NCBI RefSeq assembly: GCF_001194135.2
Contig: NC_068982.1
Span: forward strand, 155,168,460-155,232,459
Length of the DNA: 64,000 nt
Source: Octopus bimaculoides
Taxonomy: Eukaryota
Reading direction: 5' to 3'
In this document: one piece after another, positions 1 to 11,000 of the stretch
Layout of the letters: the number at the start of each line of letters is the position of its first letter
Position numbering within the stretch: position 1 is the stretch's first letter
The notes under the pieces: model-generated
The model's database searches: none
What the model was told of the DNA's origin: nothing
Seen by the model: only the letters and a program-made list of their open reading frames with translations
Made by a program: the position numbers and the translations under genes

Positions 1-223
1 GGCACATAAAAGACACCATTTCGAGCGTGGCCGTTTTCGTGCGGGTGACACGTAAAAGCACCCACTACACTCTCTGAGTGGTTGGCGTTAGGAAGGGCAT
101 CCAGCTGTAGAAACTCTGCCAAATCAGACTGGAGCCTGGTGTTGCCATCCGGTTTCACCAGTCCTCAGTCAAATCGTCCAACCCATGCTAGCATGGAAAG
201 CGGACGTTAAACGATGATGATGA
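1..223 (+). mobile_element. RTE-LINE 3' tail repeat, young copy cut by the window edge
   Basis: GTGGTTGGCGTTAGGAAGGGCATCCAGCTG...GGACGTTAAACG(ATG)n family; more than 20 copies in the window. Confidence 0.85.
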
Positions 224-957
224 AGCTCGTATCAGCTTTGCCATGGTTTCTAAGGTTGACTGCCCTTCTTAATAACAAGTACTTTAAAGTGTGCACTGGA
301 TGCTTTTTCATGCCACCAGCACTATCGGGGTTGTGATGCAGCTTGCAAGACTACAAACCTCCAAGAGAACCAGCTTTATATTTGGAGATGAGGAGTAGGG
401 AGGGATAAAGTATGGGGGAAAATGGCCAAGATAGATCATATTTCTTAATGCAAAAGAGCTACATGACTACTCCCATGTTAGAAGGGAGGGTGGGAGTAAT
501 CAAGTAATAAAAATAGTGGTAATGAGGTGCCAGTGTGGATCTTCAAGGTACAGGGTGGATAGAAATGAGTGAGGTGGTGGAGCCAGGAGTGAATAAGGGA
601 GCAGGTGATGTCTGATAGTGCAGAACAGGAGAAATAGTAATGATGATACAGTAAACAAGAGGATTGAAGGGAGAGAGAGAGTGAGAAAGGGAGAGATATG
701 ACATGTTGTTGGGTGGGTTGCAGAAGTAGATGAGGACAAGAGAGGGAAGGGTAATGTATGAGGAGAGTAAAGCGCATGATGTGGGGGAGAAAGGAGAAAC
801 AATTTGGTGGCCCAGTGGGAATGGATAGTCTATGAAAGTGTGGGTGAAGAGTACAGTATAAATGGATGAAGGATAACACATGAAGTGGTTCTGAGTAGTA
901 AGAAAGTGAAGGAAGAACTGCAGCTAGGGAGAAACCAATGATACAATCAGATGGTGA

Positions 958-1313
958 TCATCATCACCAACGTTTAATGTCCGCTTTCCATGCTAGCATG
1001 GGTTGGACGATTTGACTGAGGACTGGTGAACCAGATGGCTACACCAGGCTCCAATCTGATTTGGCAGAGTTTCTTACAGCTGGATGTCCTTCCTAATGCC
1101 AACCACTCTGAGAGTGTATTGGGTGCTTTTACGTGCCACCAGCACGAAGGCCAGTCAGGCGGTACTGGCAACGGCCACGCTCAAAATGGTGTATTTTATG
1201 TGCCACCCACACAAGAGCCAGTCTAGGGGCACTGGCAACAATCTCGCTCGAAAGTCCTTACACATGCCGCGGGCACAAGTGCCAGAAAGGCGACGCTGGG
1301 CACAGGTGCTATC
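958..1313 (-). mobile_element. RTE-LINE 3' tail repeat
   Basis: Same family, reverse orientation. Confidence 0.85.
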
Positions 1314-1752
1314 NNNNNNNNNNCTTGCCCCGGCAACAAGCTGGCAAAATCGTTAGCATACCAGGTGAAATGCTTAGCAGTATTTCGTCTGTCGCTACTT
1401 ATAAAATACGTACCAGTTGAGCACTGGGGTTGATGTTATTGACTCACCCTCTTCCTTGAAATAGCTGGCCTTATGCCAAAAATTTGAAACCAATATTATT
1501 GTTAGGAAGCAGCGAGCTGATAGAATCGTTAGCACAATGGGCAAAATGCTTAACAGTATTTCACACATCGCTACGTTCCAAGTTCAAATTCCACCAAGTT
1601 TGACTTCGCCTTTCATCATTTCAGGGTCAATAAATTAAGTACCAGTGAAACACTGGGGTCCACGTAATCGACTAGTCCCTTCCCCAAAAATTTTGAAGCC
1701 TTGTGCCTCCAGTCCAAAGGATATTAATAATAAAAAGAAATAGAACATTTAC

Positions 1753-1820
1753 TTGGATGTTTTCTGCTTTGACTTAGCCGAATTTTCTTCATCCGATGAC
1801 AAAATATTCATTATCGTCAT
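1753..1820 (-). CDS. Putative first coding exon of an unidentified gene divergent from NOL8 (MTIMNILSSDEENSAKSKQKTS...)
   Basis: Strong acceptor TTTTTTTATTCAG at 1848, ATG at 1820, GTAAAT donor at 1752. No homology recognised. Confidence 0.35.
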
Positions 1821-1933
1821 ATTACTCCTTTCTTATTTCAACAATTCCTGAATAAAAAAATAGATTTCACTGAATAGAAATATAATCAAATAAACATTTA
1901 TTTACAGTTCTATATTTAAGAGATGAGGAATTA

Positions 1934-2240
1934 TGTACATTATTTACATTTGACGGATATTTGTCCTCATCTTATTTGTTGTTAACATGTTTCAGCTGAT
2001 ATACCCTCCAGCCTTCATCAGGTGTCTTGGGGAAATTTCGAACCTGGGTTCTCATTCCTAAAGTATTTTTCGATGTTATTATTATTATTATTATTTATGT
2101 CACTGCCTAGAATCGAACTCGGAATCTTGGGGTTAGTAGCCCGTGCTCTTAACCACTACGCCATGGGCATATGGCGTAGTGGTTAAGAGCGCGGGCTACT
2201 AACCCCAATATTTATTTACATAATGTAAATAATGCAAACA
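1934..2240 (-). mobile_element. tRNA-headed non-autonomous retroelement with a Penelope-like tail and inverted head duplication
   Basis: Pol III A box (TGGCGTAGTGG) and B box (GAGTTCGATTC), (AAT)n linker, CTGATGA...GAAAC motif, 38-bp inverted duplication. Confidence 0.6.
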
Positions 2241-3215
2241 TTTATTTGCTTTTTTTAAATTTATATATTTTTAAAACATTCACTAAAATATTTATCGAAG
2301 TTGATCGTTTCATGAACCATACAGACTTAAACTAAAGTTGGAATTACTGTGAACCACACAGGTTCAAATTTAAACTGAGCCAATTATGAACCTCACAGAT
2401 TCATATAATTACTTGACTTTGATTTCTGAAATTTTAGGAAGAAAATAATCAAACACCCCTTAAGCAGATGCTAGCCTTATCAGACAATATTCCTCGAAAA
2501 AAATGGACCCCTATTCTCCAGCTATATAAATAGACATAGAATTAAATATCCATAAATTCAATAAAATGCTCACCATAGTACCATGATTTCATAACTAACT
2601 GAATCAATAAATCAATAATCCATATAATCATTTCTTCTCTACACGAAGACTATATTTTGAACATTTTATAACCCTTTTAAAGAGCATAAAACTCTGGCTC
2701 AAAGTTTAATTTCTACCTCTAATTATACTGTTCTAATTGTAAAATATTTCACATTATGAACCAATAAGAAAACCTAAATGTGAATGCTCAACCTGTTAGA
2801 AATAACATCCCATCTGTATCACTCACCATTGTCATTTAACATTCGTTTTCCATGCTAGTATGGGTTGGTCAGCTTAACAGAAGCTGATAAGGCCAGGGGC
2901 TGCACCAGATTCCATTGTCTGTTTTAGCTTAGTTTCTACAGCTGGATGCTCTTCCTAATATAAACTACTTTCCAGAGTGTACTGGATGCTTTTTACTGAC
3001 ACCATCACTAGTGCTTTTTAAGTGGCACAATATTTTATACATAAGATGATATCAATGTACATCAAACGATTTCAGAATCTAACAACACTATTTTACATGG
3101 TTGCACAACCTACCGGTAATAGTAACTTATATCTCCCTCAACTCACACCTTACAGCCTTAGGATATCTTCTGATGGACGAAAACCTTCACATGTCTAGGA
3201 TTGCATTCCAAAGAC

Positions 3216-3658
3216 TGGCCGGTGGAGATGGACTATATGTAATCTGAACCTTTCCCCCCCCCTTATTTATTAATTTTTTTTTCCGGAATCCCATGTTTTA
3301 GGCTATGGAGATTCCGATTCTGAAAAAAAATTGTTTGAAAAATTTCAATTCCCCCCACCACCACCACCAAGCAGGCTATTTACATGCTAGAAATAACAGC
3401 CAAATCTCACAAAACTAGTATTAGGGTTAGGTTTAGGGTCAGGGTTATGGTCAGGTTAGGATTTGAGTTAGCGTTAGGTTTACCCTGTGGATCTATATAA
3501 AAACCAGGGGGGGGGGAGGATCGAAATTTTGAAATTGAGATTTTTGAAAATTTTTTTCAGAATCGGAATCTCCATAGCCTAAAACGTGGGATTCCGTAAA
3601 AAAAATAAAATAAGGGGGGAAAGGTTCAGATTACATATAGTCCATCTGGACCGAGGCC
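3216..3658. mobile_element. Foldback/MITE-like element with about 110-bp terminal inverted repeats and central TTAGGG-like repeats
   Basis: AGATGGACTATATGTAATCTGAACCTTTCCCCC... at 3226 is mirrored at the 3647 end. Confidence 0.75.
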
Positions 3659-3662
3659 GACA

Positions 3663-4000
3663 ATGAAGTACTGCTATCACATCTGGAACTGTGCTGCTGC
3701 TACTCACACAGACATCTTTGACAGCATCCAAAAAAATGCCGCACAACCAAAAAAGCATTAAGTCACTTGCTGGAGCACCCTAGCCTCAAGACCACAGACG
3801 CATAGTCTCTTCTCTTGGCATTTTCTACCGCTACTGTTATGGTCTTTGCTCCTCAGTGCTGGCTGGGCTCATAGCACTTCCACTCATGTATTTTTGGTCC
3901 ACTCGTCTTCCTCTTCTCATCATTGTTATGTCCGACACCCAATGCTCCATACTAATCACTATCTCACAACTCTTGTCTTTCACGCAATTGTTGACTAGCA
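3663..4000 (+). mobile_element. Degenerate 3' fragment of a non-LTR retrotransposon (Jockey/I/L2-like)
   Basis: Frameshifted peptides MKYCYHIWN...DSIQK, RRIVSSLGIFYRYCYGLCSS resemble the region after the reverse transcriptase domain. Confidence 0.55.
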
Positions 4001-4619
4001 AGGGTTCGAAAACATTAATAACATCACTCTCGCCGGTCTAGGAAACCATGAGCCCTGTCCATTCCTCTAGACTTAAAAAATAAAACAGAAGTATTAATAA
4101 CTACTATATTAGACAATATAATTCCTGATGTACAAAAAGACAAGATGGACAGAGTGGATCTAGGACTAAATAACAATCTGTTGTTTTTGTGTCGTCGCTC
4201 GATTTGCTAGAAATGACAACCATATTTTCCATACACTAGAATGCAGTGCCTCTCAGACATATTCTCCAATAAGTTTTCAACTTCCAGAAAGAAAATATCT
4301 ATGCCTTGACAGAAATTCATCATGTGTTTATTGATTTAAAATCTAGTTCTCAGTAATAAAAGCATTTCAACAAACTATTCTTTTAATATATAATATTTCT
4401 TGATCGCATGAAACTGATTATATAAATGGTATCAAAAGTTAATTTAATATAAGTGATCAATAGTATTACTATTTCATGAAATGGAAAAATATGAAGTCAA
4501 AACATTCCGGAAAAAATGTTTTCGAATGTTCGAAATAATATTTTCAAATAGTATTCACCAATTGTAATTAAATGATATTAAATATATAGACGTTTACTCT
4601 TTATCATTACTAAACCCAA

Positions 4620-5090
4620 ACAAAAACTTACGTCAATTATTTTCAGGGATGAAGTCTTTCAGGCACGTTTCAATTTGTAATTAGTAGAAACACATGGTGC
4701 TACGCTATTATATTGGTCCACAACACAAGCGACGCTTTCTCACTCTCTTCAGGTGCACGTTAGTTAGATTCTTAATTCCGCCCAGTGAACTTACGAATTC
4801 TTCTCACTAATTGTTGCCGACGGAGACCATCAATACTTTCCTCAGACTTCTGATTTTATCCTAAGAAATATTATATTCCTAAAATAACTTATTTAAGTAA
4901 AATTTAAATCCACCAGGGACAACTATTTCCTGACACCGCTTAAACAAGGGAGATAATGAAACACGTGGTCTGAGTTTTGTATCTGTGTTGACATGAAAAT
5001 ATCGCAATAGTTCTAAATACCTTTATATATATATATAAATTCAATGTTCTTTAGCGTAACCTTGCTGAATACCCGATTTTCGTAGATATG
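4620..5090. promoter_or_regulatory. Probable bidirectional promoter and 5' UTR region
   Basis: CpG-retaining segment upstream of the NOL8 ATG; two minus-strand GTAAGT donors at 4794 and 4631. Confidence 0.35.
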
Positions 5091-5217
5091 GAAGAGCCGA
5101 AGCGACTATTTATTGGTGGACTTTTTGATAATGTGACGGAATGTGAACTTAAAGACAGGTTCAAACATTTTGGTAAAGTGTCCGAAATAGAAATTCGAAA
5201 CAAAAAGGATGAATCAG
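5088..5217 (+). CDS. NOL8: NOL8 coding exon 1 (MEEPKRLFIGGLFDNVTECELKDRFKHFGKVSEIEIRNKKDES)
   Basis: RNP2-like LFIGGL. A TAG acceptor 2 nt before the ATG implies an upstream UTR exon. GTATGT donor. Confidence 0.9.
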
Positions 5218-8065
5218 GTATGTTATGGCTAAAGTAACATAAATTACCGTTTTCTGATTCAGTAACTTTTTGTATAATCAATATATTTGCATGTTTATAT
5301 TTTGTATTCTGGTGATTTTTCGTTTTAGAAGTGACTAGTGGATTTGAGGTAAATTTTCCTGGTACACTCCATGTAATCTAATAACTATTTCTATTGACTT
5401 AACAGCTAAGTAAACTGCAAGAATAAAATATTTTAGCCAGAAACAACTGAAAACTGTGGCAGTGTATTTCATCTCAACCTACGAATAACCAATCTACATA
5501 TTTAACTTAAGTGCTTTGACACTCAATCCACTAAAATGCGTTTGCAAACTTCAACGTTTGCATAGATTTTCACACAAGTAGTTAAGTGTAGTGAAATCTA
5601 GAATTTATCTATATGAGGTCTGATCAATAAGTATCCGGACTGTTGCTACAGTAACGAAGCTAAAGCATGCAGAGTAGAGTCGCTTGGCAAAGATTGACCC
5701 TGTGCAGTGCATGCGCATTAAGTTTTAACGTTCTAGCTCACGTCTGCTGTTCACAGCAGTGCTTGGAAGGAACGTGTGTAGCGTGTGACTGTCGCATTGA
5801 CCATGACAGAGAAAGTTGTCATGGCGATACCTGCTCAGAGGCCTACGCAAAGTTGCAGAAAGTGTATAGAGAGGGGCGTATGAGCCGCACACGAGTGTAC
5901 GAATGGTTCAGACATTTCCAAGATGGCCGAAAAATGACGATATTAACGAACGTTCTAGGAGACCCGCAACCAGCAGAACTGAGAAAAGCATCGCAGCTTT
6001 GAGGGGAAATCATTGAATCACCATCTGTGAGTTGGAGATTTGGGTATGAGACGTGTGTCTGCCAAGTTTGTGCCAAAACTGCTTTCAGCTGACCAAAAAG
6101 AGACTCTGGTTACAGTTGCACAAGATCTCCAAGAACAAAACCTTTTTGAAAACTTTGTGTAGGGCTTCTAAGCAGGTATTGCCAAACTTTTGGCAAAATT
6201 TGATGTAGATTCTCTGCTCAACTCTCTCTGTTGTGGTCAATGCGACAATCACACGTTACATACCTCCCTTCCAAGCACTGCTGTAAACAGCAGAGGTGAG
6301 CTACAATGTTAAAACTTAGTGAGCATGCACAGCAGAGTTTAAGGTCATTCTGTACCAAGTAGCTTTACATTGTGTGCTTTAGATTCATTACTGTGGCAAC
6401 AGTCTGGATACCTAGTGATTGACCACATATATAAAATCAACATAATTTACAAAACAGTAAAAAACGGGAAGAAACAAAAGAAAAGAGAATCAGCAGAATA
6501 AATAATCGAAATAGATGTATGCAATTCCATCTAATTTATTCATCTTATGAGGAGTAACTGCTATTTTTCTCTAAAACATTAATGGCATTACAGTGGATGG
6601 TTGTAAGGCTGAGGTGTATAGAATAGCCAGGCAGTCTCCTAGGTATCATCTGATATGTCAGTAATGCAGGTCACCAGTGAAATTAATAACTTTCTTGTCA
6701 CTAGCCCAACACCCACCAATGTCTCAAAAACCATAAGCTGGAAAACCCTCATCTCCATTGCTACATAAAGCATATGTGATGGAATTGAAAGGCAAAGAGT
6801 GAATCCATCAGGCTTCCTTTTGATTCTTTTCTTTCTTTCCATCTTTTACATTATGTAAAATTATGATTTAACCATTTAGTATTCAGATTACTCTGTCAGA
6901 TATAATATTTATTTAATCACATTTTATAAAATTAATCCTGTATTATTTTGCAGCTTGGATATTTCAAAGATATGATTGTTTATTTTCAGAATGACATTGC
7001 AGGGTTGGTGTGAGAGGCCTGATCTGGTTAGTTTTATCTTAAAACGGGTAGAATATTTGGGCTATATATGGCCATTTTAAATGCTAACGGGTTCAAGATA
7101 TTCTTCTACCTGCCTCTAATTATCCCATCTTTTTATCCAGACTTAAAATATTTAGAATGTCATTATTCAATATTTTGTCTTTTTCTAAGACAGAAGAGTA
7201 TTAACAAAATTACAACAGAGAATTACCCATATCAGACTGAAAGCTAGTTTATGTTGTTGATCTTTTACATCTAATTTGGTATCAAATTACTTGAATCAGA
7301 GATGACTTAGCAGAAAGGAGTTCCATCTGGATTAGAGTTGACAATGAGCAGAATGTTGAAACAAATGTCAGTGTGGAACAGCTGGACTTCCTACAGGAGT
7401 TTGACATTGATCACAGAAGCAAACTCACATGATCAGTAGATTATATGGTTTGCAGAAATAAGATTATGAATATTTAGGATTGAATTAAAACAAAAGTTTA
7501 TGTTTGAGTTGGACAAACTCACTGCTATGTCCTTCTACTGATGGAGGCTCTACCTAGTCACATGGTCTGCTTGAAATAGTAGCAAAATCACATCTTACTG
7601 TCTTAAATAAAGAAGGATACATTGGACAATATGGTTTTAGATATATAAAAAAGCGATTGTCATGACTGGAATACCTTTGATCAGAGATCAGGTCAGTCAA
7701 TGCTGATCTGGGGCTGAACAACTTCAGGCTGTCACCTTCTCTCTTACTTAAACTCCTGTTATTAATTAATCACCCAACCTGCCGGAGCCTAAATTAAGAT
7801 ACCTTGTAACAATCTTTATTGTACGTTACTATCAGTTGTAATATTTTCTTCTTGCTTCTCTTCATAGGTAAACCAATAAAGACTTTTGCCTATATCAATA
7901 TAAACACTACAGATGAAAAACTGAAATCTTGTAAGTAATATATATTATTTTTACTCACCAAGATCAGTAAAATATACTACCACTCAAATACTGGAATCAA
8001 TCTAATCAACTCTAGCCTTCCCCCTATCTATTTCTACACTGATTTCTTGGTGATGGTCGCAGCAA

Positions 8066-8096
<31 letters not shown>

Positions 8097-11000
8097 AGGA
8101 AAGGCAGCAAGCTAACAGAATCGGTAGCACACTGGGCAAAATGCTTTGCGGCATTTCAACCATCTTTACATCTGTGTTCAAATTTCGCTAAGGACAACTT
8201 TACCTTTCATACTTTTGAGGTTGATAAAATAAGTACCAGTTGAACACTGGGATTGATGTAATCAACTTACCCACTTCCCTGAAATAGTTGGCCTTATGCC
8301 AAAAATTTGAAACCAATATTATTATCAGGAGATGGCAAACTGGCAGAATCGTTAGCACGTCAGGCAAAATGCTTAGCAGTATTTTGCCCATCGCTTCAAG
8401 GTCAACTTTGCCTTTCATCCTTTTGGGATCAGTTAAATAAGTACCAGTTATACACTGGGGTCAATGTAATTGACTTAGTCCCCTCCTGCAAGCTGCCTTT
8501 GTGGGAAAAATTTGAACTCATTATTATTATTATTATTAGAAGGAGGAGGCTGATAGATTGACAATTTTTAGAGCATTTGACTAAATAACTAGTGGTGTAG
8601 ATCAACTTTACCTGCCATGCTTTCCAATTCGATAAAATAAATATCAGTAAGGCACTGGGGTTAATATTAAATCAACTATAACCTCTGCTCCCAAATATTT
8701 ATAGCTTTGTGACTGTATTTAAAATCATTGTCATTTCTAAAATGTATGTATTAAGTGACATAGTGCATGGAAGGCGGTTAAGTTGTTAACTTCTGATCAT
8801 ATCACCATGTGTTTAAACTTTGCTACTGTTATGTCCCTTTGAGCAAGATATATGTACACCTCTTTACTCCAGTTTATCTGACTGATATAGAGCAGGTTCC
8901 ATTTACCTCATAGATGAATGATCTAAAAACAATTGCTCCACCAAGTAAACCATGTCACCAGGCAAATACAGACAAATGTATGTAAAACTGTTAGAGAAAT
9001 GAAATAGACTCTAAGATAGAAGAGTTGGATACTTTCTTTTCCTTGTAATAAGTTCTCAGTCTTCATCCTGGTTATTGCACATTTTGCCTAGCTTCCTGGG
9101 TCACGGTGGAGGTAGTGAAATGTGCATTAGTGGATGCGCCAGTAGAAGAGTTGTTTTGTTAAAGTTTGACAAAAAGTGCCCATCACTTTTTGCCAGGGTT
9201 CCCAAATTAGTGTAGGAAAGATAGGAAGAGAGCACAACTCCTGGATTAATCTCAAACAAGAATTATGGCCTGAATATTCACAACAGAGCAAACTCTACCC
9301 AGAGGTCATGTAGTGGTGTTGAACCAGGTGACAAATTATGTCTACAACAGTCAAGAGACTAGAGTTTTGAAAGGTCAACTACCAGAAAAAAACAAATCTT
9401 GTAAATAACCAACCAGTGATTCACTGCATCATTTGAAGAATGATGAACATCACTAATTGGTATTCTTTCTAAAGTATCTAAGATTGGGGCAGTTGAGACA
9501 ATAATCTTTACCTTATAAGGCTGAATGTAACTGTTGAGGTTAACAACAGTCTTTTGTTTTAGTGAATGAGGACCAAGACACATAGTGCTTTGTTGTACTC
9601 AAGAAGACCTGCCCACTACAACAGAATCGTGATCCTAAAACCAAGGTGCTACATTAAAAGTATTGGTGTAGGTACTGGTGCTAGCGCCACATAAAAAACA
9701 CCCAGTGTAATCTAAATGCTTATGTTACTGCTTAACTCCAGCTCAGACCTGATCTAGCATTAGGAAGAGCATCCAGCCATAGAAACGTAGCCAAAATAGA
9801 CTATGGAACTTGATGCTGCCCCTAGCATTGCCAGTTCTTGTCAAGCCGGCCAACCCATGCCAGCATGGAAAATGGACGTTAAATGATGATGATGAATGTG
9901 AAAATATGGTAAAGAGGTGACCAACTACAACAGTGCTACATTGATTTTGTAGTAAGAAGATAAATGTATTCTGTCTGATAAATTCTTTGATGCTAATCTA
10001 AATGCTTATGCTGCTACTTAACTCCAGGTCAGACCTGATCTAGATCTTTGATCAAAGGTCCTACAGTAGTGAGCATCCCATCTTTTATTGAGACATAGTT
10101 TATCTATGAATGTATTATGCAGTGTGTACTTTGTTTATAAGACATAAGTGTATGATGTCAGGGTGGTTTAGCTGCTATTTCTGGAAAGTCAGGCAGCCAT
10201 GTGGAGGAGCTCATTAGCTCATAATCTGTTTTATTTTATAGGTATGAAGGCATTGAATTGTACAAAGTGGCGGTCTCATGAAATGAAAATTGAAATAGCT
10301 AAGCCAAGTTTTTACCATAAGTAAGTATCTTTCTAATCTCAGTTCAATATTTATTGTTTGTTTTTCACATTGGCATGGGTTGGACAGTTTGACAAGAGTT
10401 GGCAAGCCAGAGAACTGCACCAGGTTCCAGTTTGATTTGGCTTGCTTTCTATATCTGGATGTCCTTCCTAACATTAACCACTTTACAGTGTGTGCTGGGT
10501 GTTTTTAACATGTAACTGACACAAGCACTATTGCATGGCACTGGTGCGAATGCTTTTCACATGGCACCAGCACAGGATTCTTGTAAGCCAATCTTCTACA
10601 CAAGGGGATGTGGCCTTAACACTTCTGCTGTGGAGGACAGGTCTTCTTGCAAAGGCAGTGAGCTGGCAGAATTGTTATTATTCATGACAAAATGCTTAGT
10701 TGCATTTCTTCCAACTTAACATTCTGAGTTCAAGTGCTGCCAAGGTCAGCTTTGCCTTTCATCCTTATAGGGTCAATAAAATAAGTATCCGTTATAGTAC
10801 AGGGATCAATGTAATCAATTTATTCCCTTCTCCAAAATTGAAAATATGTCTAAGCATAAATCTGTCCATAATCTGAAGGACTAGGGAGAAATATTACCTT
10901 GTTTGGAAAAATGGTGAGGTTTGGTGACCGAAAGAGTGTCTGACCATGGAAAATTTACCTCAACAAATTTCGTCTGATCCATGGAAGAATGGAAATGCAG

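Noticed and set aside
478-881. Three overlapping His/Leu/Ser/Pro-rich ORFs (similar at 12099-12413 and 22462-22878)
   Set aside because: All frames are open because of purine/pyrimidine strand bias in a degenerate repeat; no gene signals.
2100-2170. Possible tRNA gene
   Set aside because: A and B boxes are present but the acceptor stem does not pair and the sequence continues into a repeat body; it is a SINE head.
3421-3480. True telomere or chromosome fusion site
   Set aside because: Short, degenerate, single orientation and embedded in a foldback element.
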